This document shows positions 50,401-63,370 of a stretch of 64,000 bases of DNA, piece after piece (the stretch's first letter is position 1; every line of letters starts with the position of its first letter). Under the pieces are notes generated by a model. That model was given only the letters and a program-made list of their open reading frames with translations, did no database searches and was not told the origin of the DNA. This stretch comes from Felis catus (taxonomy: Eukaryota), in NCBI RefSeq assembly GCF_018350175.1, contig NC_058368.1, positions 43,898,001-43,962,000 on the forward strand. Reading direction: 5' to 3'. Made by a program: the position numbers and the translations under genes.

Positions 50401-52095
50401 TGATTTGTCAGAATGAGAAGCAGTAACTACAGGCATGGGAAACCATGCTGCTCTGCCCTTCTGGCTTCAAATAAGCCTCAGGATGAGGAGTAAATAGTAA
50501 TAAGAAAAAGCAAAAAGACCCAAGGATTATTATATGAGGCATTTACTAGATCTTCTTTAGTCTAGACACATGACTGTCTTTGGAATATTTAAGAATAAAG
50601 AGTATGTAAATGAATTTGAATTTACTGAATATATTTTACAGCATTAGATATTCTGATACTAGTAATGAAAGTCTACAACAAATAAAACCTTTCTCCCTGC
50701 TATGCCTCATGCCTTGAGAAATGTAATTTCCTGAATAAGTAATCTTAATCCAATGAAGATTTAATTTGGTCTTTTTACTTTACAAATATAATTCACATAC
50801 TCAATAAAATGTTGCTTGGTTTAAATAGCAAGGGATATATCAAAGACGTATTATAATGTCTTAAATAAGTCTATTTTCTTGGTGCAGCATTATGAAGCAT
50901 TTTTCAAGTCATAAAGCTAATCTGTGTACCCCCATAACTGCAGACATACAAAGATAATGGATTCTTCAATGGTTATTTCATTACTCTAATGACCTCAATA
51001 AATCAATAGCATGCCTCCAAATCTCCTCCCTCCAAGAAATACTACAGTTTACATCATAAAAGTCATTTCTCCTAATTTTTATAAAACTATTATGTTTCAC
51101 ATATTCTTACAAACAAAGTTTGTCTGGAATTCATGACAGTGATTACCAGGGGGGATATTTAAATAGCAACAGCAAATCATGGATGGAAAAGACAAAATTA
51201 TTGAATAAGGATGTCTGATGTGATCAGTTGGTACTACCAAACCAATGTTCCCTGATCTTTAGTGAAAGAACAGGGATGGGGGACTACAAAATGGAAATTT
51301 TATAATTCACTATACCCAGACAGAACCAGCTGCTAAGTGTAATGTGGTCAGGCAGAGAGACTATACCTGATACATATTTGAAGTGAAACATTTTCAGAGG
51401 TTAGGACAGAACTGTACCCTTTGATGAAGATCTTGAGTTGAAAATGTTATATTCTAAGGCTTCCATAAGTGAATAGGGGGGATATTGTAAATATCTTTTT
51501 ATAATATCCTTTATTCTTATACCATCTTTCAACAGAGAGTTAATAAGTCTTTTAATTTGGACTTTTTGAAGAATATTCTATTTTTAAAACAAAACAGTAC
51601 TAGTTATTTTTTGCCAATATATAGGGAAATAAACTGTTAATCTTTCACCTACTTAGTGAATATATTACCACAAATACAAAATGAAAGCAGTTAGCCACAC
51701 TTGCTCTAAATGACTTCAATAGCACCATAAATTGCGATAAATTTGCCTCTGAATCAGTAAGGTACTTGAATATCAGCATTTAACTCAGTTCTACTTCAGG
51801 ATGTTGAGTACTGCTTACATGAGGGGGAAAAAAGCAAAACACAGCAAAGCAAGCAAACAAAAAAAGAAAACAAAACAAAACAAAAACTCTTCTCCCTAGT
51901 GATGAGGTTATTTGTTACAGAAGTCAACTAGAAAAAAGAACAGTAAATCTTAGCTAAATCTCCGAAGTTGCTGTGCTAAAGAATTCTCATTTTGAGTGAG
52001 TGGTTTACATACCCCATTCCCAACTTTGCTTCGTTCACACACAAAGGCCAAATCACAGTTCAAAATTTAGATATCATCTGCTCAGCAAGACTATT

Positions 52096-52310
52096 TTTTT
52101 TAATTTTTTAAATGTCCTTATTTTTATTTTTGAGAGAGAGAGAGAGAGACAGTGTGAGCTCGGGAGGGGAAGAAAGAAAGGGAGACACAGAATCTGAAGC
52201 AGGCTCCAGATTCTCAGCACAGAGCCCAATGGAGGGCTCAAACTCAGGGACTGCAAGATCACGACCCGAGCCAAAGTTGGATGCTTAACCAACTGAGCCA
52301 TCAGGCGCCC
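52096..52310 (-). mobile_element. CanSINE
   Basis: TSD caagactatt (52086-52095) / caagattatt (52311-52320). Confidence 0.95.
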
Positions 52311-52574
52311 CAAGATTATTATTAATCAGAGCCTCTTAACCAGTCTTAGTGTCTGACTCTGTGAGCAGAAAAATGTATGTGCCACAAATGCCATGTAGAA
52401 GTTAGGACGATCACTGGGGTTATGCCTGATAGCATACTATGAACTCCTTTAGGTGGTAGACTATCTTTGCTCTCTAGAATCTGATAGCTTAGCCCATTGG
52501 TTTTCACTAAATGTTTATTAAATACAGGAGTTGTTAGTCTCTCCCGGTACTATTTCAGTACAGTTCATTGTTTT

Positions 52575-52605
52575 CCTTTTGTTTTTGTTTTTAATGTTTA
52601 TTTAT

Positions 52606-52659
<54 letters not shown>

Positions 52660-52826
52660 TATGAATGGAGGCGGAGGGGGGGAGGAAGAGAGAGGAAGAG
52701 AGACAATCCCAACCAGGCTCCATGCTGTCAGCCCAGAGCGCGACGGGTGGCTCAAACTCATCAGCCGTGAGATCATGACCCCAGCCGAAGTCAGACGCCC
52801 AACCCATAGAGCTACTCAGGCGCCCC
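52575..52826 (-). mobile_element. CanSINE with (GA)n
   Basis: Full antisense body ending ctcaggcgcccc; no clear TSD. Confidence 0.94.
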
Positions 52827-53714
52827 TACTTAAAGCTAACTTTAAATTGACGTTTTATATTGAAAGCTTTCTGAAGACATATAAGAAAGTAAAAGTGATT
52901 TCTTTAGATTCACGTTTTACTATTAACAACTAGTTTTGTGAATAATCCTCTAAAATAAGCATTTGTCATAGATATATGTTCTATAGCATGTTTTCTTTCT
53001 GAAAATCTTCCCCAAAAATACATGGTATCCTAAATAGTCTGATAATACCTACAGTTAAGATATTTGATTACTTTGTTCAGTCATGCATTTCCCAAGCTAA
53101 TATGGACTCTGAATCATTTGCTTCTTATAATTCCCATTAACAAACTTGGAGTCCTCACATTTTGTAAAATATACTTTGAAAAATGTTGCATTACTTTATT
53201 ATGATCATATCAAAAGTTTTGTTAATATCTATCTGTTAAAGTTAGCTATAAAGTTATAGAAACAGTTCAGGAATAACAAGATCTTGAAAAAAATTGTCCC
53301 ATTGTGAGAGAATAGAGCAAACAGGGAAAATAAGTCATCTAACAGACAATTAACTAAAGTTCAATAAAATATGTACATTTTCCAAATTGAAAGAAAGCAT
53401 CACTGAGTAATAGCACAATTATTTAAAATAGGTTTATAAGAAAATACATCACTGCGTGTCAAAAGAATGAAATAAAAGAAATTTCTGCAATCCTCTGATA
53501 AGAAAAATATAATCATAACAAATATTTTCCCATGAAGAATAAAAACTCAGGAAGTCATTGATCTTGCCAGTGACAGTGGCAGCTATGAGACACTGAACCA
53601 CAAAATGCTGAAGTGAAGATTTTCCCACATAAAATTTTACACCCAGCCTTACTATCAGTTCAATGTGAGAGGAAGATAAATACACTTTCATAAAGTCTTG
53701 AACTTTACTGTCTT

Positions 53715-54080
53715 GCCTTGGTTTGCTCAGTTTGCCATAACAAAATACCATAAGACTGACTGGCTAAAAACAATGGAAATTTATTTCTTGAAGTTCTGGA
53801 AGATCTCACAGGTCTTAGAATTTCAAGATCAGTGTGAATAGGGTCAGTGTCTGGTGAGAGTTCCCTGCATTGTAGATGGCCGCCTCCTTGCTGCATTCTC
53901 ACATGGCCTGTCATCTGGTCTCTTTTTGTAAGGCCACTAATTTCATTATGAGAGTCTCACCTTCATAACCTAATGGATGTTAATTATCTCCTAAAGGTCC
54001 CATCTGTGAATATCTTCATATTGGGGGCTGGGCATCAACATATGAATTGGAGGGCGATATAAGCATTGAGTCCATAGCAC
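53715..54080 (-). mobile_element. MLT1A-like solo LTR
   Basis: gccataacaaaataccata...aaatttatttct...catcaacatatgaatt...agtccatagca. Confidence 0.88.
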
Positions 54081-54526
54081 ACCCCTCCTTTATTTTCATT
54101 GAGTTATTAGAAAATGCACTGGAACAAAATGAAGACCTTCAAGCATTAACCCTATCTATCCCACATATCTGTCAACTTCAGTTGCTACTAGATAATTGAT
54201 TCTGTTTGATATCTTACTGTGTTCTAGACTTTATTTATTTATTCCTAAAAAGCACTTCAAAATGCCTGCTATTTCAGAATAATTGGCTTTATGTTGTTTA
54301 AGAACTGTCAGCCTCCCTGTTAAACATTTGTTCATTAATTTATTTTTTACTGTGTAAACATTCAATTTTCTTGGCTGCTATATGTTGTGAGTGGTATACA
54401 CCTACATGTCTTCACAGTTTAAAAATTCATCACTAAAAATAAAGGAGGTATGATTTTTATTTCTTTTGCTATTATCCAGTATGCTCCCATTAAGGAAAAC
54501 GCATAACTGTTTTAATAAATGGAGCA

Positions 54527-54650
54527 GGGGTGCCTGAGTAGCTCAGTCAGTTAAGCATCCAACCGCTGATTTCGGCTCAGGTCATGATCTCATGTTTGTG
54601 GATGTAGCCCCGCATCAGGCTTTGCCATGACAGCATGGAGCCTCCTCGTG

Positions 54651-54697
<47 letters not shown>

Positions 54698-54815
54698 CCT
54701 CTGTGCCTCTGCCCCCTGCTCATGCATGCTCTCTCTCTCTCTCTCCATTTCTCTCTCTCTCTCTCTCCCTTTCTATCTCTCAAAATAAATAGACACTTAA
54801 AAACTAAGAAAAATA
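54527..54815 (+). mobile_element. CanSINE, first of a tandem pair
   Basis: Outer TSD aataaatgga (54514-54523 / 55049-55058) encloses both SINEs. Confidence 0.94.
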
Positions 54816-54979
54816 GGGGCACCTGGGTTGCTCAGTTGGTTATGCATCTGACTTTGGCTCAGGTCATGATCTCACAGTTTGTAAGTTTGAGCCCCGAGTC
54901 AGGCTCTGTGCTGACAGCTCAGAGCCTGGAGCCTGCTTCAGATTCTGGTTCTCCCTCTCTCTCTGCCCCTCCCCTGCGT

Positions 54980-55022
<43 letters not shown>

Positions 55023-55048
55023 AATAAACATTAAAAAGATAAAAAATA
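54816..55048 (+). mobile_element. CanSINE in the tail of the previous SINE
   Basis: Head ggggcacctgggttgctcag directly follows the A-rich tail. Confidence 0.95.
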
Positions 55049-55589
55049 AATAAATGGAATAATGAAATTACATTTTCTTATTAGATGAATGTCAGACTAT
55101 GGAAGATAATATTTCTCTTAAAGTGAGTATATGAAAATAGAACTCTGATTCCTTCCAACTCCCTCATTTAAATATTTCCCTTTTCTTTTGTCTTTATCCT
55201 GCACTTTCAACTATGTTTATGTTGATAACATGTTATGTGGATACGTGTATGCACATGTGATAGGCAGAGAGTAATCTGTATAAGGAAACAATAAGAAAGT
55301 GGAGTGGAAAGGGTGTTAGAAGAAGACCAAGGAATATCTTTTGCTGTAAAGGTGCAAGACTAAAAAACTTTTGATCATAGAATTCCAGTAAGACAATTCA
55401 TTATAATTAATTTATTCACTCCTTAGACAAGTCCTAAATACGGCATGAAGTGTGGACATGTCTATGGAGCACATGGTATAGCCCTTTTTGTCTGCTCTCT
55501 GCTTAAAGAATACTGTAAAAACAAGTTAAATAGATGTTTACATTTAAAGCAATACAGTTGCTTACTCTGAATAAGGAAATTTGTTAAGC

Positions 55590-55775
55590 ATACAAGACCA
55601 TTACATGGGTTTAAAACCCAGTTATGCCATAACTCACTAGCTATGTTGTAGTGGTCAAATTATTTAAACTCCATAACCCATAGTTTCCTTATCTGTATAA
55701 AGTGATAATCGTGGTACTTACTTAGTAGGGACAGATGCAGAACGATTTTTATCAGTGCCTAAAACACAGTAATTC
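55590..55775 (+). mobile_element. MIR fragment
   Basis: tgggtttaaaacccag...actcactagctatg...tagtttccttatctgtataaag. Confidence 0.65.
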
Positions 55776-56209
55776 AAAAGTGATTTATTTCAAAAATAAT
55801 GTGTGTAATGACCATAATATTGTTTATATAAATAAGGGGTAGTACAATAAATAATTAATACTTATAGAATAGTTTAGAATGTATAAATCATTGTATAGTT
55901 CATCATTCATTTCCAACAACGAATTTACATGAAAATAGCAATCATATTTAGGTTTCTGGGCTTTTTGTAAGCAAACAAGAAAATAACTTTATTTTCCTTT
56001 CTTCTTAATGGAATGATATACCATACATTTTCTTATGTTGTTTTGTATAATCATGTTATTCTTATTACCAATATAAAATACAAAGACTTTCATTGTGTTC
56101 TGAAAAGATAATATCCGGTTTAAGCTGAAAATGTTCTAAAGCCTGTTGGGTTACATTGTAACTGACATTTAAAACATATTTTTATAAGTAAAACAAGATG
56201 GACAACCAA

Positions 56210-56412
56210 TTTTTTTAAGATTATTTATTTATGTATTTATTTTGAGAAAGAGAGAGAGAATGAGTGGAGGAGGGATGGAGAGGGAGAGAGAATCTCAAGC
56301 AGACTCTGTGCTGTCAGTGCAGAGTCCAACTTGGGGCTCGATCTAATAAATGGTGAGATCATGACCTGAGCCTAAATCAAGACTCAGATGTTTAACCGAC
56401 TGAGCTATCCAG
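56210..56412 (-). mobile_element. CanSINE
   Basis: Antisense body gagagaatctcaagcagactc...tttaaccgactgagc. Confidence 0.93.
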
Positions 56413-57414
56413 CAGACAACTGAATCTTCTGCATGTTTTCAAATGTTAAATGGAGTTTGGGGATGTAAAAACTGTTTCCTGGCTCTACAATACTACTAGA
56501 GATAACTGTGCAAACATAGATGCAAATGGAGATAGGCTCTTGAACATGCCATGCTGCTAAAATACTGGAATACATGCAGAACTCCCTAATCAAACTTATT
56601 TTATCTTTAACCATAATAGAGATTAGTATCTTGAGTTACCTTGATCTTGTTTCATGTCACTGAAAACTTGAGAAGATTTGTGGATAGGGATATTATTGAA
56701 ATTGAGCCTTAATTGGAACTTAATCTCCATAATTATGCATAATTGCCTGTGTTTATTACTCCTACGATGAGGACACATTTTTCTTTAGTTCCAAGGAAGC
56801 ATGTGTTAAAGCATCACAAACAGCATTAGATAATATGATTGTATACACTTCACTGACTTTATTTGGTTATACAGTATTATTATTCAAAGACAGACAAAGA
56901 ACTTACAGAATAATGGCCTCTGACTTTGCTAAGTAACTTCAGTGAAATCAAAGATATAACCTCAAAAACATTATCCTTTAAGAATATTTGTATAATGGAC
57001 ATAATTAAATTAGATTTAACCCATAGATTATATTGACTTCTTCTATAAGTCTCAGTTTTGAAATGTTTAGTAATATAGGTGTTTTAAGAATAAGATATCA
57101 AGTATTCATTACAGTTTTAGTAATCAAATAAATTTAGTTAAGATATCAATCTCCCTGAAATATCTGGAGTACAAACAGAATGAATCATTAATTTTGAAAA
57201 TGCTGGCAATTTATGATGACGATGATGTCTCGTACCAAATTAAAACAATCAATAGGTACTTACTACCTTTTTTTCTGTTTGTGATGGACCAGTAATTCTT
57301 TTAATTAATGATTCCAGATTTTGTTATCAGTAGCTGTGAATTTGTTAGAACTAAGGGTAAATCTAAGCAAATTGGGTAAAAAAATTAAGTGAAAGAATGT
57401 GAAGAACAATTCTT

Positions 57415-57591
57415 TTTTAATTTTTTGTTAAATATTTTTTGATGTTTTTATTTATTTATTTTGAGAAAGAGAGAGTGTAAGTGGAGGAGGGTCAGAGACA
57501 GAGGGAGATTCCCAAGCAGACTCCATGCTCAGCCCACAAAAGTGAGATGATGACCTGAGTTGAAATCAACTGACTGCCACCCAGATGTCCC
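57415..57591 (-). mobile_element. CanSINE with internal deletions
   Basis: TSD tgaagaacaattctt at 57400-57414 and 57592-57606. Confidence 0.92.
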
Positions 57592-58269
57592 TGAAGAACA
57601 ATTCTTAAATGGTCCATGGATAGGCAACTCAAAGATCGCTAAAGCCTCAATTAGTGAAGAAATCATTGTATGTCTTTTTTGACATTTTATCAAATAGCTA
57701 GGACAGGGCAGATTTACTTTCTATCCCAATTCTCAAAATGTATATAGCATGTCTAAATCTGAAATAGAATGTTCTAAAGTATCATTCCTCATAATCACAA
57801 GTGAATTTGGGAACACTTTTTAAATGCTAAGTGTTAGTTAATTGATTTCTTTCTTTTACTAGGTACATTTTATTAAGAGAAATCCTAGTTTAGTAAATAT
57901 TTACTTGGCTTGTCCTGATATATTGAATAATGATTTTTTTTTTTTTAGTGTAAATGCACCAGACCCTCCTTTTTTTTAAACTATGGTCTCTGAAATCATC
58001 CATCTTAGCCCCAGCCTCAATAAATAAAATATTCTCAGGATCTTTTTAACAATACAAAATATGCCGGTGCTATACATTTTCTTATAGGATTCTGATTGGA
58101 TCATTTCTGATGTGGGAATTACTTTTCAGGTTATTGTAATATGTACCGATGGTCATGAATCACTCCAATAGACTGTGAGCTTCTTATGAGCAGGAACATT
58201 TTTTTTATCCAGATGGGCACCAAAACATAGACCAGAGACTGTAGCAAAAAATTTATTTTATTGTACATG

Positions 58270-58930
58270 TGGACTTTTTAAGTTCTGGGAAAAAAGTCTG
58301 TTCGAAGAAGCCAACCAATCTGTGACAAGTGTCACATTTAGTAGCGCACTAGTTTGACTTTCAGTTGTGAGAAACTGAAGACATGCTTATTTTCACCAGA
58401 TACATGTAGAGAAATCACTTTTGTTTCTGGTGATGTGAGAAACAGCCAGAATTTGAATAACAACGGGTGACAGAATTAAAATTCAAAACAGGATTAGGAA
58501 CAGTAATAGTTGCCTAGTGTACTTGCTGATACCTTTATAAAACCTTCTCCAATAAAAGTTAATCATGTTCTCCTGCAAGTCTCTTTAAACTGTGCTATCC
58601 TTAGAAACAGAAGAAATTTTGTCCAGAGTGAAAGGTGTTGCCAGTTTACAACCTGGACCGCCTTTCTCTGGGACCAGGGAACCACGCCCTTTGAAATGTA
58701 ATCATCAAGGAACATGATGCCCCTATCTCCCAGTTTTTGTAGGAGGGCATAAGGCTAAACTTAGCAGGTGCCTTCCTCCAATTTTAAAACTACCTCCTGT
58801 CATAGAGATATGAGAAACCTTACTTTTTCTTTGTGCAAAACCAATTGCCAAATGGAAATGTCCTACAATCCCCTACATCAACTCTTAATAAGTTTTCAGC
58901 GCTTTGTTTCAAAAACAAAAACCTTGAATA
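58270..58930 (+). mobile_element. MER34-like ERV1 LTR
   Basis: ctttgaaatgtaatcatcaagg...gcccctatctcccagt...aaaactacctcctgtcatagagatatgagaa. Confidence 0.7.
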
Positions 58931-59016
58931 AATTTTTTTGCCAATTTAAACTTTTCCAGTGCAATTTTTCTTTTAACATTGTTTTCATATTTTCAATTTC
59001 ATTTCAGTTAACTTAA

Positions 59017-59057
59017 ATATATATGCATACATATATATACACATATATATACTGTAT

Positions 59058-59118
<61 letters not shown>
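59017..59118. repeat. (TA)n/(CA)n compound microsatellite
   Basis: Directly visible. Confidence 0.96.
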
Positions 59119-59122
<4 letters not shown>

Positions 59123-59724
59123 CTGTTAGTTTTGCATTAAAAAAGTAGAAGAGAACAAAACCTTTTTCAGTAGTGCATGTATTACTTCTTGTGGTCTTTC
59201 ATTACTTTGATTTGTGTTCCAGTAAAATCATTTACACATTACCTGAATTATGATTAATAATAACAATAACCATAATAAAATAGTGTTTTAAGAACTGAGT
59301 TTTAATCTATAATCCAATTGTATTTTCATCATGCTAGAGTAAGAATTACCAACCTAAGATTGTCTTAGCCTTGACAATACTTTTTAAGTGTCAATACATC
59401 TAATTACTTTAATAAATTTCAGAAATTTGGGGAAATTTTACATTTATTTTAGAGATAGAGTCTAGAAGTGATTTCACTTATCAAATGTGTGGGATTATAT
59501 GGCTTAAAGAAAAAAATAGGTGCAAGAAAACACAGGTTAAAAAACAATCTACTAAGGTATTTGGATACCAAATTCAGTCGTTTCTGCTTTTTTTTCATAC
59601 TATCTTCCTCCTTAATATAATTAGGGCTGGGACTTTGCTTTTATTAGCAATAGCATCATGTTTCTTCTCTCCTTTAGATTCCTAAAGAATAGATATCTCA
59701 AAATGCATATGAAAAACCAGAGAA

Positions 59725-60145
59725 GGCCCCTGTGTGGCTCAGTTAGTTGTGAGTCTGATTCTTGTTTTTTTTTAAGTTTATTTTTTTATTGAGAGAGAGA
59801 GAGTGCTGAAGGGGCAGAAAAAGATGGATAAAGAGACAGAATCACAAGCCGACTCCACACCATCAGTGTAGAGCCCAATGTGGGGCTTGAACTCACTAAC
59901 CCTGAGATCATGACCTGGATGGAAAGTGAGAGTTGGACACTTAACCAACTGAGCCATTTAGGCACAAGAGCATCTGACTCTTGATTTCTGCTCAGTTCAT
60001 GATCCCAGGGATGTGCAGCATGGAGTCTGCTTAAGATTCCCACTCTCTCTCTCTCCCTGGGCCCCTCTCCCCCACTAGTGCGTGCTTTCTCTCTTTTTCT
60101 CTCAAATAAAAAAGTAGATAAAAATACACACATACATAAATACAT
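59725..60145 (+). mobile_element. CanSINE interrupted in its head by an antisense SINE
   Basis: Head 59725-59764, remainder ~59968-60145; TSD accagagaa at 59716-59724 and 60146-60154. Confidence 0.9.
59765..59966 (-). mobile_element. CanSINE nested in opposite orientation
   Basis: TSD tctgattcttg (59754-59764) / tctgactcttg (59973-59983). Confidence 0.92.
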
Positions 60146-60909
60146 ACCAGAGAATATTGTTGTTTATTTTGGTCATGCTTGCACCAGTGTCCTCCTATGT
60201 TTATACACTTTGGTTAAACTGTTGTAAACAAATAGGATTTTCTTTTCTTCTCATAAGCCTAAAATTTTAAAAGTACAACATACAGCTTTTGTCTGTATCC
60301 ATTTCTCAGGCCTTTCTTCTCTATGCCATGTGTTACCAAATCTCAAGTGATCGGTAGGAAGAGGACAGCTAACAGCTCTTACCTGCTGCTGCTTAGATTG
60401 AATTACAGTAGAGAAAGGACAAATGCTTCTCTCTGTGATCTCAGTGTTGGTCTCATTGCACATCACTGGTTCCAATAGGTGCAGATAACCGGATTTAAAA
60501 CACATTAAGTTTGATTTGAAGAAAGTTGCCAAGAGAAATTTTAGGCATATTTACCCCGAACATGATCAATTTTCTTAATAATTAGTTAAATAAGGAGCAG
60601 CTCATCCACATTAGACAAACACTAATAAATGTGTCAGACAGTTCAGTGAAAAAGTAAGTCGTAGACAATAGTTGCTTTATAGTACCCACATACATTTGAA
60701 AAACACTAAGTGTAGAGTATGTGTGTACTGCAATGAAAATAGTGTTCAGTCTATGAAAGTGGCATGAATTTTGTCAATTGTAATTGACAATGGAGACATT
60801 AAGTTTGCTTTATTTTCGGGATCAGTTTATTGGAATTCATTTAGTATCTTCATATATCCCATTAAAATAGCAATCAGAAGTATAAATTTATTTTTATTTA
60901 TTTTTTAAA

Positions 60910-61975
60910 TGAACCAAATTATACATTAAGAAAGCAATGACATTTTTACGAGAACATACAAAAAATATGAATCAATAAATACATGACATATTTGTGTTCT
61001 GAGTGAGTCAATACAGTAGAGTTGACATTTCTTTTTAAATTTGCCTATGAACCCCATCATTTTCCATTGAAATTTCAGGTTTTTTTGATGTTATCTTTAT
61101 TTTCTCGAGAACATAACTGTTAATAAACTAATCTAATTTTAGTAATGGAAAGAGGGGGGGAAGGGAAAGAAGATATTTGGGAATGATGAATGACTTGAAC
61201 ATCTAGGCAACAAGATTCTTAGTGTAAAGTAATTAAAAGGGTGCATAAATGACATATCAACAAACAGATCAATGAAATAAAATAAATAATGCAGAAATAG
61301 GCCAATTTATAGATGAGATTTCAGTTTTGATAAAAAAGAACTTTTAAGTCTTTGGTAGAAGGATGGATAATTCAAACAAATAGGTTAAGGGAATTGGAAA
61401 CCTTTTAAAGTGTAAACATAACTTTAGAGCTCTTAAACAATACAAAAATATTCAAATAGTAAAAATATAAATGTGAAAAGAAAAGGACATTGAGGAATAG
61501 ATGATCACCTGACTAGTAAGTAGTAAGTAGGGGGAATCTGACATGAGTGGCCTCACACTCTACATAAACAATAATACTTGAAAATGCATTAAAATAGTTA
61601 ATTTTAAATTTTTTTTCAACGTTTATTTATTTTTGGGACAGAGAGAGACAGAGCATGAACGGGAGAGGGGCAGAGAGAGAGGGAGACACAGAATCGGAAA
61701 CAGGCTCCAGGCTCCAAGCCATCAGCCCAGAGCCTGATAAAATAGTTAATTTTATAAGTTGACTGTAGGGAAATGCAAATCCATAAGATAAGATACTAAA
61801 ATGTCTCAATGTGTTAAAATTTAGCAAATTTATTTGTAAAAGTAAATACCATAAAAAACAATAACATAGTATTAGGAAGGAAAAAAGTATTTGCAACATA
61901 AATGAGAGAAAATGGTTAATATTCACCCTATATTTTTAAAAATATTTCAAAATAGAATAAAATGCATATGAAAAA
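60910..61975 (+). mobile_element. Very old L1ME-like ORF2 remnant
   Basis: caaacagatcaatgaaataaaataaataatgcagaaatagg; ggaaaaaagtatttgcaacata. Confidence 0.6.
61607..61737 (-). mobile_element. 5'-truncated young felid CanSINE
   Basis: Perfect 17-bp TSD taaaatagttaatttta at 61590-61606 and 61738-61754; tRNA head absent. Confidence 0.96.
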
Positions 61976-62265
61976 CTGAAACATTTCCCCAAAGGATTCC
62001 ATACTGGAGCATTCATTTGTTCAAAAAAAACCTTTTGAAGGACTCCTATGTGGATGCAATGATGGGCAAGTAAATGCACAAGTGTTATTATCAGAGATTT
62101 TATAGTCTGCTGATCTGTTACAAAAAAAGCACAGCAGCGAACACATTTGACTTAAGTTCAAATGGATAGTTCTTAGGGATTTATTCTTGTACATTTTCTA
62201 AGTGACTTTTTAAAAGTGGTGTACTCCGTAAGGAAATTTTTTAAACAAGAATATAGAATATAATT

Positions 62266-62841
62266 TTATTTAAAAAAACAAAATTCAATTGTGTAAATTA
62301 AAAAAAAAATTAAGTTTATTTATTTTGAGAGAGAGAGAGAGCACACACAGGAGGGACAAAGGGAGAGAGAGAGAGAATCTCAAGCAGGCTCCACACTGCA
62401 GAGCCCGATGCAGGGCTCTAACTCATGAACCTGAGCTGAAATCAAGAGTCAGACGCTTAACCAACTGAGTCACCCAGGAGCCCCTCAAGTGTGTATATTT
62501 TAGGATCTTATTGGTTTTATTCAAAAATTTATGAAATGGGAAGCATCTATTTTAGCAGATAAGAAGGAGCTCTGAGGAGCTGCACAAAAGGAAACATTTT
62601 TATAGGCAGAAGGAAGTTTAGTAGGCAAAAAAGTAGTTTGGTTATTGCAAGGTTATTTTTCTTTAGGGGATGGCAGGGTATATCAGGTAGATTACCTAAA
62701 CGATGTTAACTGGGTGATTCCTGATTGACTAGTGTAAGATTCTATTTTTGGGAGAGTCAAAACTGTAATTAAGTCTCACTTTGGTGACATGGAGTTTAGC
62801 ACAAGCGACTCCATTTTGGGTCTGTTGTCTTGTTTTTAACA
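62266..62841 (-). mobile_element. Carnivore ERV1-class solo LTR interrupted by a SINE
   Basis: aaaattcaattg[SINE]gatcttattggttttattc...gaaggagctctgaggagctg...ccattttgggtctgttgtcttgtttttaaca. Confidence 0.7.
62300..62484 (-). mobile_element. CanSINE with internal deletions
   Basis: TSD tcaattgtgtaaatt (62285-62299) / tcaagtgtgtatatt (62485-62499). Confidence 0.92.
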
Positions 62842-63139
62842 GATTTCCTATTCTAAATTATTACATTTTTTAATTTAATTAATGCATCATTTATACCCAG
62901 AATCATTATACTTCCTTACTGCTTCATTAGGATCAAGAACAAGGATAGCATAGAAAATATAGTAGAATCTTCTTCTTCCACCAGACTTTTCTCTTATACT
63001 TCATATTATTCTAGGCACAGACATTCTCCAAACCAAGAGGAATGAGAACAATTAGGAAACAAAAACAAAATCTTTTGAAGAAAATCTAATAACCCCTACC
63101 AAGCTAAAGAATTGTTCAGTTATTTTTAAATTTGATGGG

Positions 63140-63370
63140 GTGCTGAATTGTAGTGGAAAGAAAATGGATCTCAGTGTTATTAGACATGCTTCAGAATGTT
63201 TGTCCTTGACATTATTACATAGAATAACAATGCAGAAATCTAAAGTACATTTATGATCAGCAAATAAAAATTGTTGCCAGAGATTGAAATGCCCTGAGGA
63301 GGACTGTTTGACCTTCTCTTATAACTGAAGCATATCGGTAAACAGCAATGATAAATTAAGATAAACAGTA
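63140..63370 (+). mobile_element. MIR fragment
   Basis: tgtagtggaaagaaaatggatctcagtgttattagac resembles a MIR head; degenerate. Confidence 0.4.

Noticed and set aside
58393..58433. Short inverted repeat tcaccaga...tctggtga
   Set aside because: An 8-bp stem is expected by chance.
60251..60532. 93-aa minus-strand ORF containing a CAG|GTAAGA donor-like site near 60382
   Set aside because: No recognisable protein and no clear matching acceptor; an isolated motif.
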